Of a stretch of 64,000 nucleotides of DNA, positions 30,114 to 42,704 are shown one piece after another. How positions within the stretch are numbered: position 1 is the stretch's first letter; every line of letters starts with the position of its first letter. The notes below the pieces were generated by a model that was not told where the DNA came from, made no database searches, and worked only from the letters and a program-made list of their open reading frames with translations. The DNA lies in NCBI RefSeq assembly GCF_009914755.1, contig NC_060928.1, one strand, 5' to 3'. The position numbers and the translations under genes were made by a program. This DNA comes from the human T2T-CHM13v2.0 reference genome, Homo sapiens.

Positions 30114-30839
30114 AGGGAGAACTTACTGTGGTTGTGAGCTGGACACCACAGCCCTGAAGCCTGAGCAGGAGCAGTGAAAGGAGGGGGTTTACCATATCAT
30201 CGCAAGCTGAGAGGAAGGCTGTTGGGGGATACATGCAGCTGGAGGAAGAATGCTTAGGGCATACGTGTAGCTTGTTTGTTCTTTACAAAGCATTTGGGAG
30301 ATTTGCCCTGAGGTAATTAATGCTTCAAGTTACAGTTACATTGGTTTTGAATTCCCTCAGGTTTACCTCTTAGAAGCAGCTGAAGGTGCAGTTTATACAG
30401 TAAGTTGATTCTACTTATATTTCAGCAACTTAAAAATTGGTTACAAAGTAGACAATATTTATAACTAGGTTAAATAATTCTTATTATGTTTTAACTTATG
30501 TAAAATAACTATAAAACATTGTAGCTATAAAACATTTATTAAAATACACGAAAGTACATTAAGTACTAGTTTACCTACAATCAAGTATTGCCTGCTTTCT
30601 AATACCAGTAAAAACATTATCACCCTAAACAATAAAAATGATTTTTTTCATCTCTTTCCCTACAGATATTTTTAAAGGTTAATTAGCTATTTCCATTTTT
30701 ATGGCATTTTGAGACTTTTAAATGCTTTCCATTTCTGAGGTTATTCCATTAATCTAAACCCAAATAGTGAACACTGTGATCTTGGTCTCTCTTTCTGTGT
30801 CTCTTTCTGTCTCTATGTCTCTCTTCTCATCAACTGAGT

Positions 30840-31015
30840 CAGCAATCCCCAAATTATAAACTATGTTGTCTGAGATATTTGTTAACATGCACATCCCTGA
30901 AGCTTGGTTCCAGGAATTTTGATTGAGTATATAGAAGATGGGGTCCGGGGAATTTTTATTTTAACAGTACTCCAGTTAATTTCAATTCAGTTGTCCCTTG
31001 GATGACAGTGAAAAA
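30840..31015. mobile_element. MER5B-like hAT-Charlie MITE
   Basis: TTGTTAACATGCACATCCCTG...GATGGGGTCCGGGGAATTTTTATTTTAACA. Confidence 0.55.
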
Positions 31016-31049
31016 TAGAAAACAGTGATAGAAAACAATGATATTCATT

Positions 31050-31380
31050 GCTTCAGGTAATAAGCCTTTTTATGTTCTGTATTGTGTAATATGGCTAAAA
31101 ATACAAACATGGATGAGAAATTGACCCTGCCTTCAAATAGACTTGTTTGTTTAATATGATTGATGGTTACAAATGCTATAACAGAGCTACATATACATTT
31201 CTAAGGGAATGTAATGAGAGCAGGAAAGGATTCTTCTAGGAAGTACCATTTGTGTACAGTCATGAAAAGTGAAGTAGATTTAAGGAGAATCTTCTAGGTA
31301 AATAAAACAGTAAAAGCACAGGCTCAGGCACAAGACTGTCCAGAGTTTGTAGAGGAAATAGTGCATAGGTTTTATTGAAC
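31050..31380 (-). mobile_element. L2 fragment
   Basis: GACCCTGCCTTCAAATAG; CAGGAAAGGATTCTTCTAGGAAGTACCATTTG (reverse L2). Confidence 0.5.
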
Positions 31381-32189
31381 AACAAGTGTTACCAGTGTAA
31401 GGGCCCAATTTTCAGTAATTTTTATTGGTTCTTTTAGGACTCTGGAATAACTTAAAAGTTTACATCTAATTTTTTCTCAGAGAATCATGGAAGCGTCTAT
31501 TGATGTAATTGGTGTCTCTAGCACCAAGGGAGCTAGAATCTATTTCTTTCCTACCTGCCAAAGAGACACTGTGAATAAGGTTAACAAATGAAAAAAAATT
31601 TCTAATACTACCTCAGCCTGGTTCCTCTCATGTGTTCCTTGAAAGACTCTACATCTTGAGACATTTAAATCAACCAACCTAGCTCTCCTATTTCTCCCCT
31701 TTGTTCAAAAAGAAATTAAGACAGTGGGGCATATTTTTTTCTCCTATGTGTAGCCTTGTTCTTGGAAGTATATGAATTCCAAGCAAAACTACATCTAAAC
31801 ATTAGTGGATGAACAAAATGAGCTACTGAAAGGCATTTGGAAAAAATGGCACTCTAACACAAAGTAATAAAGAATACAGTAGAGCAAGATGTTACTTTTC
31901 TGTTTCTGTAATTATGCTGACACCAACATATGCAGTTGTTGAGACTTTAAGGGTCATATTACCTTCTGGTAATTTATTAATGACCTTTTCTTAGGGATTA
32001 GAAAAACTAGCAGAATCCAAATATCTGGATATGCAATTCTAAAGATTTATGCCCCAATGAATTCCATGTGAGAAAACAATTTGAATTAAAAGAGTTTACT
32101 CTTAAATCTTCAAATTATACTACACAATAAGTCTGCTATGTTATTGCCAAATATATCAAATCCTACATTCTGTTTAATCTTTTGGAACC

Positions 32190-33003
32190 TATCACAAGTT
32201 GGTTTATCTGGGAAGCTGACTGAGAGAAAGATTGGCATGCAGGAGGTTTATTATGGAATGCTCTTGGGATCACCACATGTGAATAAGAAGGAAAAGAAAC
32301 AGGATTGGGAAGAGCAGAAAGTTGGGCTGCTGTGTAATCTCAGCAAAAGGTTCACACAGGCCAACTGTAGCTGAGATAATCCTTCAGTGTCGTCACTTGC
32401 TAAAGCAAGGGAATTGGGCTTTTATGCCACAGGTGGACCAGTAGTTGGATGCAGGTGGCCTCCGCCTAGACTCTTGACCTGGGCAAAGCACTTCTCTTCA
32501 GCAAAGGCAATTCCCAACTAGGGCTGAGAGCTGAGTGCTCTCTGTAGCTAATACCTTTCGCAGTTGGGGAAACAAATCTGAACTCTTGTGTCCCACCAAA
32601 ACTCACATGTGGAAGCCCTAACACCCAGTGTGAAGTCTCTGGAGGAGAGGCCCTTGGGAAGTAATTAGGTTTAGATGAAATCGTAAGGGTGGGGCCTCAT
32701 AATGGAATTAGAACCTTTAGAAGAAAAGGAAGAAACAGGAGCTCATGCTCTCCCTCTTCCATGTGAGAACACAGCAAAAAGGCGACTTCTACAACCCAGG
32801 AAAATGGCACTCACCAAGAAACCAAATTGGCTAGCAGTTCAATCTTAATCTTCACAGTCTTTAGAACTGTGAGAAATAAATTCCTGTTTGTAAAGCCAAC
32901 CAGTCTATGGTATTTTGTTATAGCAGCCCAAGTTGACTAAGAGGAAGCCCTTTAGTCAGAAAGGGAGATGAGCGTGGCCCATCACATCTCTGTGGTAGCC
33001 ACA
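32190..33003 (-). mobile_element. LTR33-like ERVL solo LTR interrupted by MLT1A
   Basis: CTGGGAAGCTGACTGAGAGAAAGATTGGCATGCAGGAGGTTTATT...GCTCTTGGGATCACCAC matches the reverse LTR33/LTR16-type 3' end. Appears to resume after ~32943. Confidence 0.65.
32575..32942 (+). mobile_element. MLT1A-like MaLR solo LTR
   Basis: TTGTGTCCCACCAAAACTCACATGTGGAAGCCCTAAC...GTAATTAGGTTTAGATG...AGAACTGTGAGAAATAAA...TTGTTATAGCAGCCCAAGTTGACTAAGA. Confidence 0.85.
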
Positions 33004-33704
33004 TATTTTCTCCTCCAAGCAACAACTGGTGGGTGCTCCGCCATGGCCAGACTTGTTACTAAATCTGGAGCCTGACCAGTAAAAATAAATTGCCTGCTCA
33101 CCTACACCAAGCCACTGCTTTGGATTATACATTACAACAGAGCAAGTCTAGGCAGAGAGACGTCTTGAGATTCATGTCCACTCCACTATCCTTCCTTGAA
33201 TCCTGTGGAATATGGAGAGAATAAAAAAAATTCTCCTACACAATAAGGCACGGAGGTTAGGTAAAAATCAAGATATGGCATCCTTAAAGGATAAGGAATA
33301 AGGAGTGAGGGGACCCACAGCACAGAATGAGCTTGCCAGAAAAAGCACTGCACTTCTGCACTTTGCTGATGCTGAAAGAATAGATGGCAAGTTATTCCAG
33401 CAGTGACCACGGCAAATAGGGTCCCAGACCCTACCCCTTCCCTCCAATGTCAGGAAGATATGGAAGCAGTTGAGAGCCTAGATCATACTGGGAAAGAGAC
33501 ACAGGAGAGAAGCCTTGAAATTAACAGAGTTTATCCAGAAGATACAGCTTTAAACTGGAAGTTACCTTGATTTAGAAAGACTCTTTTCCATTATAGAGGA
33601 AGTCAATCTTTGGAATACATAAGTTTGTTTAAACAGGAATAACAAATGTTACATTTTTACAAATCTGAGTCCTGTTTTTATGCATTCTCTCTCTCTCTCT
33701 CTCT

Positions 33705-33998
33705 TTAATTTTTTTATTTTTTTTTATTTTTTGAGACAGAGTTTCACTTTGTCGCCCAGGCTGGAGTGAGGTGGCACAATTTCGGCTCACTGCAACCTCT
33801 GCCTCCTGGGTTCAAGAGATTCTCCTGCCTCAGCCTCCTGAGTAGCTGAGATTATGGGTGCCTGCCACCATGGCCAGCTAATTTTTTGTATTATTTTTAG
33901 TAGAGACGGTTTCGCCATGTTGGCCAGAGCTCAAGTAATCCGCCCACCTCGGCCTCCCAAAGTGCTGGGATTACAGGTATGAGCCACCATGCCTAGCC
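33705..33998 (-). mobile_element. AluS-like SINE with B-box deletion, preceded by (CT)n
   Basis: Reverse Alu dimer. About 17 nt (GCTGGTCTCGAACTCCT) missing at ~33927. (CT)n at ~33687-33703. Confidence 0.93.
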
Positions 33999-34134
33999 TA
34001 CATATTTCTCTTGTATCAGATTTTAAATACTTATAAAAGTGAATAAAAAGAATAAATTGCCAGATTATCTCACCATTATTTTTCTATCCATATTAGCTTC
34101 TGCTGATTTCCACTCCTTTTACTTCTCTGTCCAC

Positions 34135-34179
34135 TGTGTGTGTGTGTGTGTATGTGTGTGTGTGTATATGTGTGTGTGT
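34135..34179. repeat. (TG)n microsatellite
   Basis: Interrupted TG run of ~45 bp. Confidence 0.9.
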
Positions 34180-34677
34180 TACAGGTTCTAATGCATCCAT
34201 ATTCTTTAAGCACTCCCATTTTATTTCTACCAATTGTATGTTTTTTTCATTCAGTAATATATTCAAAATGTGTAAGTCCAATTCTTTTCTTAGAAAATTT
34301 AATTGACCATTCTGGAAACTAAGATTCAAGAAGTGATACAGTCCTCTTTTAGCCTAGTCTTATATTCATAAAGCAGATTGGTTTTTCAACATAGGCTAGT
34401 GTGTATGTATTCTGGGGACCTAAGCCAGGTACACCTCATCTATCTTGGCTTGTTCAATACACATGATGGCTACAGACTGTACCATACAGTGCATGCAGGC
34501 ATGCACACAGCCCTCATTTATCACCTACGGCTTCTCTGCCCTGACAGAACCTGGGACAAGCACTTTCGTAGACTCAGAGCTGTGGGAATAGGAGAAGGTT
34601 CAATTACTCATATGGTGCTTGGAATCCTGCCAAAGACAGTTAAACTAGCTATGCCACTATGAGGCTTATACTTTCTT

Positions 34678-34735
34678 GATAGGTAGGTAGATGATAGATA
34701 GATAGATAGATAGATGATAGATAGTAGATAGATAA
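34678..34735. repeat. (GATA)n/(GGTA)n compound STR
   Basis: gataggtaggtagatgatagatagatagatagatagatgatagatagtagatagata. Confidence 0.9.
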
Positions 34736-35295
34736 TCTCTAGATATAGAGCTGTCTATAGATATATAAAGGTATTGTTATTTTAAAAGTAAAAACTCAAA
34801 ACATTAGAATTAAAACAGGATAATCAGATTATTTCCTCCAAGAAAATCAAACAAAACAAAACATGTAACTAGTATATTCAAAGAATTGTTTGCCATTTAT
34901 TCAGATTTTATTGAAATAAAATATATTCTTTTAAAATATTTCTCTACACTACTAATATAGATGTCCCATAGATAAAGACCCAGACAGTCTGAAGTAGTTT
35001 TTAAAGGATTTCTCATGTTTCAGGGAAGATTTGACTAGGAGACAAATGAAGTGCTTTTCAATTCTAACTCTATAATCCCATGAAATGCAGACATCAAATA
35101 TAAGAAATTGTCATAATGGAATTTCAGTTGTTAAAATATCTTTACATGTTATAAAAATGCTATTTTGACATATATACGTTGCCTCACCAGAAATTATTCT
35201 GATGCTTAAGGGATTAGAAATATAAAATGTCATTGTGATTAAATGTATTAACTGCTATAGAAGAATATATGTAAATTCAAGAAATGTCCATTCTT

Positions 35296-35760
35296 TATGT
35301 ATGTATATATGTTTACATATAGACACACACATAGAGATGCATTTCATACATACACACATACATATGGATATGTACACACATATATACAAACATGCATACA
35401 TATACATACATATATATATAGTTTGATCTTTGCCTACGTGCATACTTATATATACAAACATACATGTGATGTGCATATGTGTGTATAAACTTCTGAGTAC
35501 ATATATATGCACAGATATGTGCACACCTATGCATATATGTGCATTTATAGGTTTATATATACACACCTATATATAGGTCTATATGTGTATATTTATTCAT
35601 TTATGTAATGCATATATTGAAGTATGTATGCATTAAATATACATTATGCATACACATGAAATACAAATGTGTAATTATATAAATATGCATATATACATAT
35701 ATGCACATGCATAAACATATATAGCCATACACACATACAGAGATAACAAACAGATATGCA
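35296..35760. repeat. Degenerate (TA/CA/TG)n low-complexity tract
   Basis: About 460 bp of alternating purine-pyrimidine sequence. Source of the spurious H/I/Y/M/C/V-rich ORFs. Confidence 0.85.
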
Positions 35761-35906
35761 TGATGAAAGAAACTAAGCATCCTCTAAAGGGAAAATGTAA
35801 TAAAGAAAGTGCATTAATTATTTATGATCCGTTTCATAATTTAATACTTGTAAATTTTGTGTTTGCTTTTTTGAAATATTATATTAGAGAAGATAGGGCC
35901 ATCATA

Positions 35907-36217
<311 letters not shown>

Positions 36218-36258
36218 CCATGGCCATCATAGTTTAATGAGGATAATATATATTAGTA

Positions 36259-36592
36259 CAGTCATGCTTTGCTTAACTGTGGAGCTATGTTCTGAAAAAT
36301 GTGTCATTAGGCTATTTTGTTGTTGTGAGAACATCATAGAGCATATTCACAAGTCTAGATGGTATAGCGCACTACACACCTAGGCCATACAATATACCTA
36401 TTGCTCCTAGGTTACAAACCTATACAGAAAGTTACTGTACTGAATACTGTAGGCAACTATAACATGATGATGTTTGTGGATATAAACATGTCTAAACACA
36501 GAAAAGCTACAGTAAAAGACGACACTATAATCTGATGGGACCACTGTTGTCTGTGCAGTAGGTAGTCCAAAATGGTTTGTGGTGTATGACTG
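36259..36592. mobile_element. Tigger3a (MER7-type) TcMar MITE
   Basis: Terminal inverted repeats CAGTCATGC...GTATGACTG, flanked by TA / CA. Internal CCTATTGCTCCTAGG..ACTGTACTGAATACTGTAGGCAA. Confidence 0.85.
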
Positions 36593-37167
36593 CATTTCTT
36601 TCAGTATGCTTCCTTTCTTGATACTGTCTCATTTGTAAATAAATGTGTAGAAAATTATACCTATAAACTTTATGTTCTAGAAGAAAATTTCTTCCAAAAG
36701 ATATATTTCGAATGGAAAAATGTGCTTCACAAATTAGAGAAAAACCAATATATGTAAGAAATATCATAAGAGCATGTGAAAATAATACTATTTTTATGTT
36801 CCTCCTGAGGTAAATTTGCATATATTCTTCTATAATGTAAGAAAGAAGGGAGGAGGTGAGAGAAAAGGAAGGAAAAGAGAAGGGAAGAAGAGAGATTTGT
36901 CAATACAAATAAGTTGGAGAAGAAGTATTTGCTGCATATTCTTATTAAGAACTAAAACACTTTTTAGGAACACAGAATATCTAAGGACTTTTTTGCTTTT
37001 ATTCTTTATTTAAAAAATGAATAACATAGATCCCTCTAAGAAACTGTTTAAACTAATATTCCTTATCCTCAAACACATATAATTATCTAAGGCAATAGCC
37101 TATGGATAGGAAAGGAAAATACATATTATAAATCCCATTTGCACCTTAGAATAAACAGGCAAAGTCC

Positions 37168-37900
37168 ATGCATTTCAACAAATATTTTTAAAAAATATAA
37201 TATATGTTTGAAGCTGTACTAAGTAGCTATGCAAACCACAGATACAATAGTGTGTGCATCGTGCATTTTCAGTGGGGGCCATACCACCCCCAAGTAGGCA
37301 AAAATCGGTTGGCAAAGTGAGTCAAAGCTCTGACTCATTTTTTTGTGTAAATATGTATGCAATGCCATGACTAGATATACAGAACTTCTGTAGCACTAAG
37401 ATTTCATTGGTGGAGGGGCAGTCGGAAAAAGAAAATTTTAAAGTCTCTTCTAGGGCATGACAATAGAAATAATAATTAATGCTGAGAAACACTGGTGCAC
37501 ATAATACAATGGAAACAGAAAAGAGAAGCAGGGTAGGAAAGTCAGACAGACTTCCTCAAGGAGCTGAATGAGAGTTCTTTCAACAGATAGGTAGAGTTAG
37601 CTAGGAGGAGTTGCAGCAGGGAGGATAAAGTAAATCAATTATAAGGAAAGAACAGCAATGCAGTCATTGGAGATATGAAACGAGAGTGACCTGTGCAGAG
37701 AGCTGTAAGGCAAACTAGTGGGACCGAAGGGTGGATTAGCAGGACAACAAGATATTGAAGATGTGTATGGTTTAAGCAGCTTGAGCTTCTCCCGTGGGCA
37801 AAGAAAAGAAGGCATTGGTGACCTTTCAGCTGATGGCACCCAATTTGCATTTTAAGCAGACTTGCTACAGAAGCAAGAGAAGCAGTCAGGAGACTGTACA
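37168..37900 (-). mobile_element. L2 fragment interrupted by MER112
   Basis: CATTTCAACAAATATTT tail; GGAAAGAACAGCAATGCA..; TTTGCATTTTAAG..AGAAGCAGTCAGGAGACTG. Confidence 0.55.
37260..37494. mobile_element. MER112-like hAT-Charlie MITE
   Basis: Termini CGTGCATTTTCAGTGGGGGCCATACCACCCCCAAG and TGAGAAACACTG. 8-bp flanks GTGTGCAT / GTGCACAT. Confidence 0.7.
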
Positions 37901-37915
37901 CATGGTGATGACATG

Positions 37916-38230
37916 CAGGTCTACTTCTTTTATCCATAATTCCAAAATCAAAAATGGTCTGAAAACCAAAAAATTTTTGTAACTGACCTGAACGTATATG
38001 AACCTATTTATACCTTTGGTTTTTCTCATTATGTAGAAAATCGTTTCATTATAAACATATTAATGTATCCTATTATGGATTTGATTATGCCCTGGAACAA
38101 TCTGACAGTGTTACTTAATTCACAGTATCATGCACTAAAATTTCTAAAATGTAAAAAAAGAGACAAAGAGACAAAACTTAACTGTGAAACTTTAAGTGCT
38201 TGCAATATTGGATAAGACCTTGTAAACCTA
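37916..38230. mobile_element. MER46C-like TcMar-Tigger MITE
   Basis: CAGGTCTACTTCTTTATCCATAATTCCAAAATC...CTGACCTGAAC...GGATAAGACCTTGTAAACCT. Confidence 0.7.
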
Positions 38231-38249
38231 GAACAACCTGTCTTGAGAG

Positions 38250-38450
38250 TTTATGCCTAGACTATTTAAATGATTTACACATTTTATATTTCATACTTTA
38301 CAACAAGTTTCTAAGGTAGTTATAGTTACCTCTATCTGGTATCTTTAAAAAAATTAAAACTTGAAGAATTTAAGTAAATTGCCCACAGCAAACATATAGA
38401 ATCAGACAATCCGTAGAGCATCGGTTTGACTTCAAAGTTCATGTTCATTA
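38250..38450 (-). mobile_element. MIR SINE
   Basis: TTTAAGTAAATTGCCCACAGC (reverse MIR core). Confidence 0.55.
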
Positions 38451-39319
38451 TCTGAGTATACGTTAGGACAAAGATAATTAATGGGTGGTTGTTCATATCT
38501 TTCTCTCTACTCATCCCAGAGCATCAGAGTGTTTGATCTATCTCCTCCAAGCCCTCATGGAGAATAAAATGATTGAAAGAGGCTCAAATATAAATATGTG
38601 GCCGAGATGGCCTTGCTTGGAAGATTAAAGGAAAGAATACAGGAGTAGCTACAGATTCATGGACTTTTGTTTACTGTCAATTGCAACAGATTGTTTCTTA
38701 AGAATTTTCAGAATTCATAGCCATTATTCTTTACTCAAGAATAAAAGTGAATTACTTTTTCTAGGCAGAAACCTTCTTAATGCCTTACATTTTCATGTCA
38801 GATCAAAGGTTTCAAAATGAGGCCTAACAGTCTTTTCAATCCTGGTGTCATTTTTCAGTAAAAGAAGCTAGAAGTAACAATGTTGAATCTTTTACATTTG
38901 TGTAAAAACCGTAGTAAAATTGAGATTACCTGGGTGTCCTGTGGTATTTTTCCACAAGCTAATTAAAGTATTGATTGAATTATTTCTTCCTGGAAGGTGT
39001 GCGAAAGGTCTGGTCATGACATTTTCCCAGAACAGATCTATTAAACTGAGGAATATAGTTAGACTGGCAGGCTATATTTTCTGCATTCCTTTTTTCTCTG
39101 CCTTTTGAGAGTTACAAATAAGTGCTGACCTATAAACCTAAGGACAAAAGAAATGTTGATGTTTTGACAATTAGAAACATCAAATGATGTTTGACAAGTA
39201 TATCAAATGAAATCAGGTAACAGATTAATAAATCATTTCTTCGTTATTTACTGAAATCTTAGATCTGTGGTATCATGTAGGTAAATAATTTATTCTTACC
39301 ATGTAGAATCACATTGCAG

Positions 39320-39555
39320 AGTATTTGTTAAGAATATGTCTTTGTAGCTGGACTACCCAGCTTGAATTCTGGTTCATTCACTTATTAACTGGGTGAACTT
39401 GAGAAAGTCACTTAACACCTGTACTTCAGTTTCTAAGAATGAAAAATAGAAATAATGATAGTACCTACCTTAGGGGTTTTTATGGAATCCAATCAATTAA
39501 TACATGTAAAGCATTAAAGCTGCCATCTAATAAGTGCTCAAAGTTAGCTTTTAAC
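39320..39555 (+). mobile_element. MIR SINE
   Basis: GGGTGAACTTGAGAAAGTCACTTAAC..TCAGTTTC..ATAATGATAGTACCTACCT..TAATACATGTAAAGCA..TAAGTGCTCA. Confidence 0.8.
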
Positions 39556-39638
39556 AATTATGATTACTTATTAAAAGGCTTTCTATATTAGTAGACAACA
39601 GAGAAGAATAAAAAGAAGAGACTATAGTTAAGATCATT

Positions 39639-39975
<337 letters not shown>

Positions 39976-39999
39976 TTAATTGCTTAATGCAATAGTTAT

Positions 40000-40410
40000 A
40001 ATATTTTTAAACTTCTTTATCTTCTTTCACATCACACTATGGAGCCTAAAAAAGTAAGACAATAATTTCCAAGATTGTCTTGCAGCTAGGCATGGCCATG
40101 GGAAGTTATGGCCATTGAACTGAAAAGTCAAGGCTGGTGGGTCTTCACAGAAAAGATTTTTATCTCCGAAGAAGAAACATGTACTTGTTTTATATCTTCC
40201 TTACATGAATGTGGACATGTTTCCTGGAGCCACGGCAGTCATTCTGTTACCATGAGGTGACCAGCATAAAGACAAGAAGATAATAGATCAATAAGACACT
40301 GAATAATCCCAGCATGACTGAGGTCTTGGTAGCATTGTAAGGACCTGAATCAATGCCAAGGATTATCTAACTATTGCTTTTTTAGTATTTGAAGAAAGTG
40401 AACTATTGTA
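40000..40410 (+). mobile_element. MLT1J/K-like MaLR LTR
   Basis: CTTGCAGCTAGGCATGGCCATG; GAATGTGGACATGTTTCCTGGAGC..GCAGTCATTCTGTTACCATGAGG. Confidence 0.65.
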
Positions 40411-42299
40411 AAATTCATTCTACTGCCCAGCACTTAACATTCATCAATGATATGATGCCATGTTTCTAACCCTGTAATCTTAAAAATTGCTCAACCTGCA
40501 TGAACTGAAGTTTTCTTGTAGTGGAGGGGTGTAATGCCACCAGCACCACAATTTGGTGATAAAGAGGAAACGAAAAGTTACCACTGTAATTGTTGCTGCA
40601 ATGATCACTTTAACTTTTTTTTTTCAATCACACAACCAACTAGGTTGTGTTTGTATTTGCCTGTGTTACACTATATGCTGATTTTAAAACAAAATTAATT
40701 GTGGGGTTTTTTTTAGAGACACTATAAAGTCCTTTTATTCAGGTAGTAAGATATTATCATGCAGTATATTTCAAGTGGTCCCAATCACCTAGATGATTAA
40801 TTTAGATAGTAAAATGTATTTAAAATATAGATTATTTTTAAAAACATGCCATTTTATTAATTTAATGGACTATTTTATTAATTTAATGGACTATTTATAG
40901 CCTCATCTTAATTGAGTTCAGCTGGGTTTGATAGTTTTGACCATTATATCTTGAAACGCTCCTTTTCCTTATATTGACATACTTGGATTTTTTCTTTCTT
41001 CTGTTCACTCTGAATCTCTGTTTTTGACACCTCTTTGTCTATCTCTTAAATGTTGATACTACTTAGTCATCTTTCCTTTAAACTTTATTTTCTTTACCTG
41101 ATGGCTGTTGCTCACCATTCTTCCTCAGGGCATTTACACAAACTAAAAAGAGCAATATTTATACTCAGTGAGGAGTGGAAGAAGAACGTGGATTCATAGT
41201 TCCTAAGGCTTGAAAATAAAAAATGCAAAAAAAAAAATACTTTGCAACAGTGGGAGTTTCTATGACATCCTGCCTGCAGGATCCCATTTAATGGGTTGAC
41301 GCTGTTGTTACCTGTGCCCGGAGCTGTCTTAACACTGGGTCTGTTGTTATGGAAGCAGGTTCAATCTTAGCAACAGTTGGCAGCCCCCAAAAGTGTTTTA
41401 CTTAATTTTTTCCTGAATATTAGAGAAAAAATAATAACCAATAAATGAAAAACAAACCGTGGAATAATCTAGAGTCAATAGGTAAGCACCCTTTGTTTCA
41501 CGTAATTCAACCTTGGAGGGGAAATGGAAAGTCAAAAATTGATAACTATTTTTGTTCCATAATAACATTACGAACAATTAATTCAGCCAAGTCTCTTTGC
41601 ATAATTTTCCACACTGACATATGTTAATGTTTGCTCTGTATGGCTGCACCTGCCTAGAGCAAAGTCAGTGTGATATTTGGTTTGTTTCTTTGGTAATTTC
41701 TTACTTTCTGAAAGTGAAAAAATGGAATTCTACCCTTGAATGTAGTGGTTTTGTTAAACCCTACTTATACATGCTGCTTTTATCAGCCTTCATTAATTTT
41801 TAACATATTTCATTCTAGAAATGCAAATCCAGAATATGTTAAGCTTTTCTAATTGTAAATGGGATATATGTACATAATTAAAACACAAAGAAGAGTAGTA
41901 GATTTATAACACATTAAAACATATAACTCAATATGACTTTCTCCCTTTCTCAGTTTGCCAGAGGTAACACTCTTACCTCTTTACTGCTGCTGCAATTTCT
42001 CTCTATATTTTAAAAATAATTAGTGAGTACTTCTATCTCATTCATTGATTTATATTATCATCTATTAACTTCCTATTATTGCAGATGAGAATTTTATCTC
42101 TTATGTCCTTTCTTCCCATTTCTCCACATTTCTACTTTATTTTTAATCACACTTTCCCATTATTGTACTTATTTAAGTTTTTTAAGTTGAGCCAAAATGT
42201 TTAATAAGATATTTCTTTGTTTATGAACCTTTGTGTTGGACCTGGGCTTAAAAAGCACGCCTTTTGTTTTACATTTGTGTAGTTTTCTTTGCATCTCTG

Positions 42300-42700
42300 G
42301 CTAAGTCTTCACATATTCATTCCAATAACTATAAATTGCCCATAAAAACAGCTTTAAAATATCTATCCTGTCTGATAATCTATTTGTTCCTGCCATTTTC
42401 CTTACTGGGACCTCCCATTCCAATTTGATCTGATTATCCTGTAAACCTACTGTTTCATCCTGGGTCCCCTCCTGGTCATCATCCTGGGCTTCCCTTTCCC
42501 TGTATCATCTGTAGATCAGTTGTTTCTGGATCCTGTGTTATCCTTTTGGATTTACTCCTAAATTTCTGTTAGAGAAATTTTCCAGTAACTTCCTGAGAAG
42601 GAGCATAGAAAAAATACATTTTAAAGTTTTGCCTGAAAAAATGTATATTTCAATATTCATATTGATCGATAACTATTCTAGATATAGAATTCCATGTTTC
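42300..42700 (-). mobile_element. Ancient L1M/HAL1 fragment
   Basis: TCCAGTAACTTCCTGAGAAGG...TAGATATAGAATTC. Confidence 0.45.
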
Positions 42701-42704
42701 AAAA

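Noticed and set aside
29115-30410. Possible + strand splice sites (CCGTGAGT, AAAGTAAGG, CCCTCAG|G ... CA|GTAAGT)
   Set aside because: Weak or unpaired sites with no recognisable coding frame, indistinguishable from background.
35235-35566. Four overlapping 63-103 aa ORFs
   Set aside because: They arise from stop-poor alternating purine-pyrimidine low-complexity sequence.
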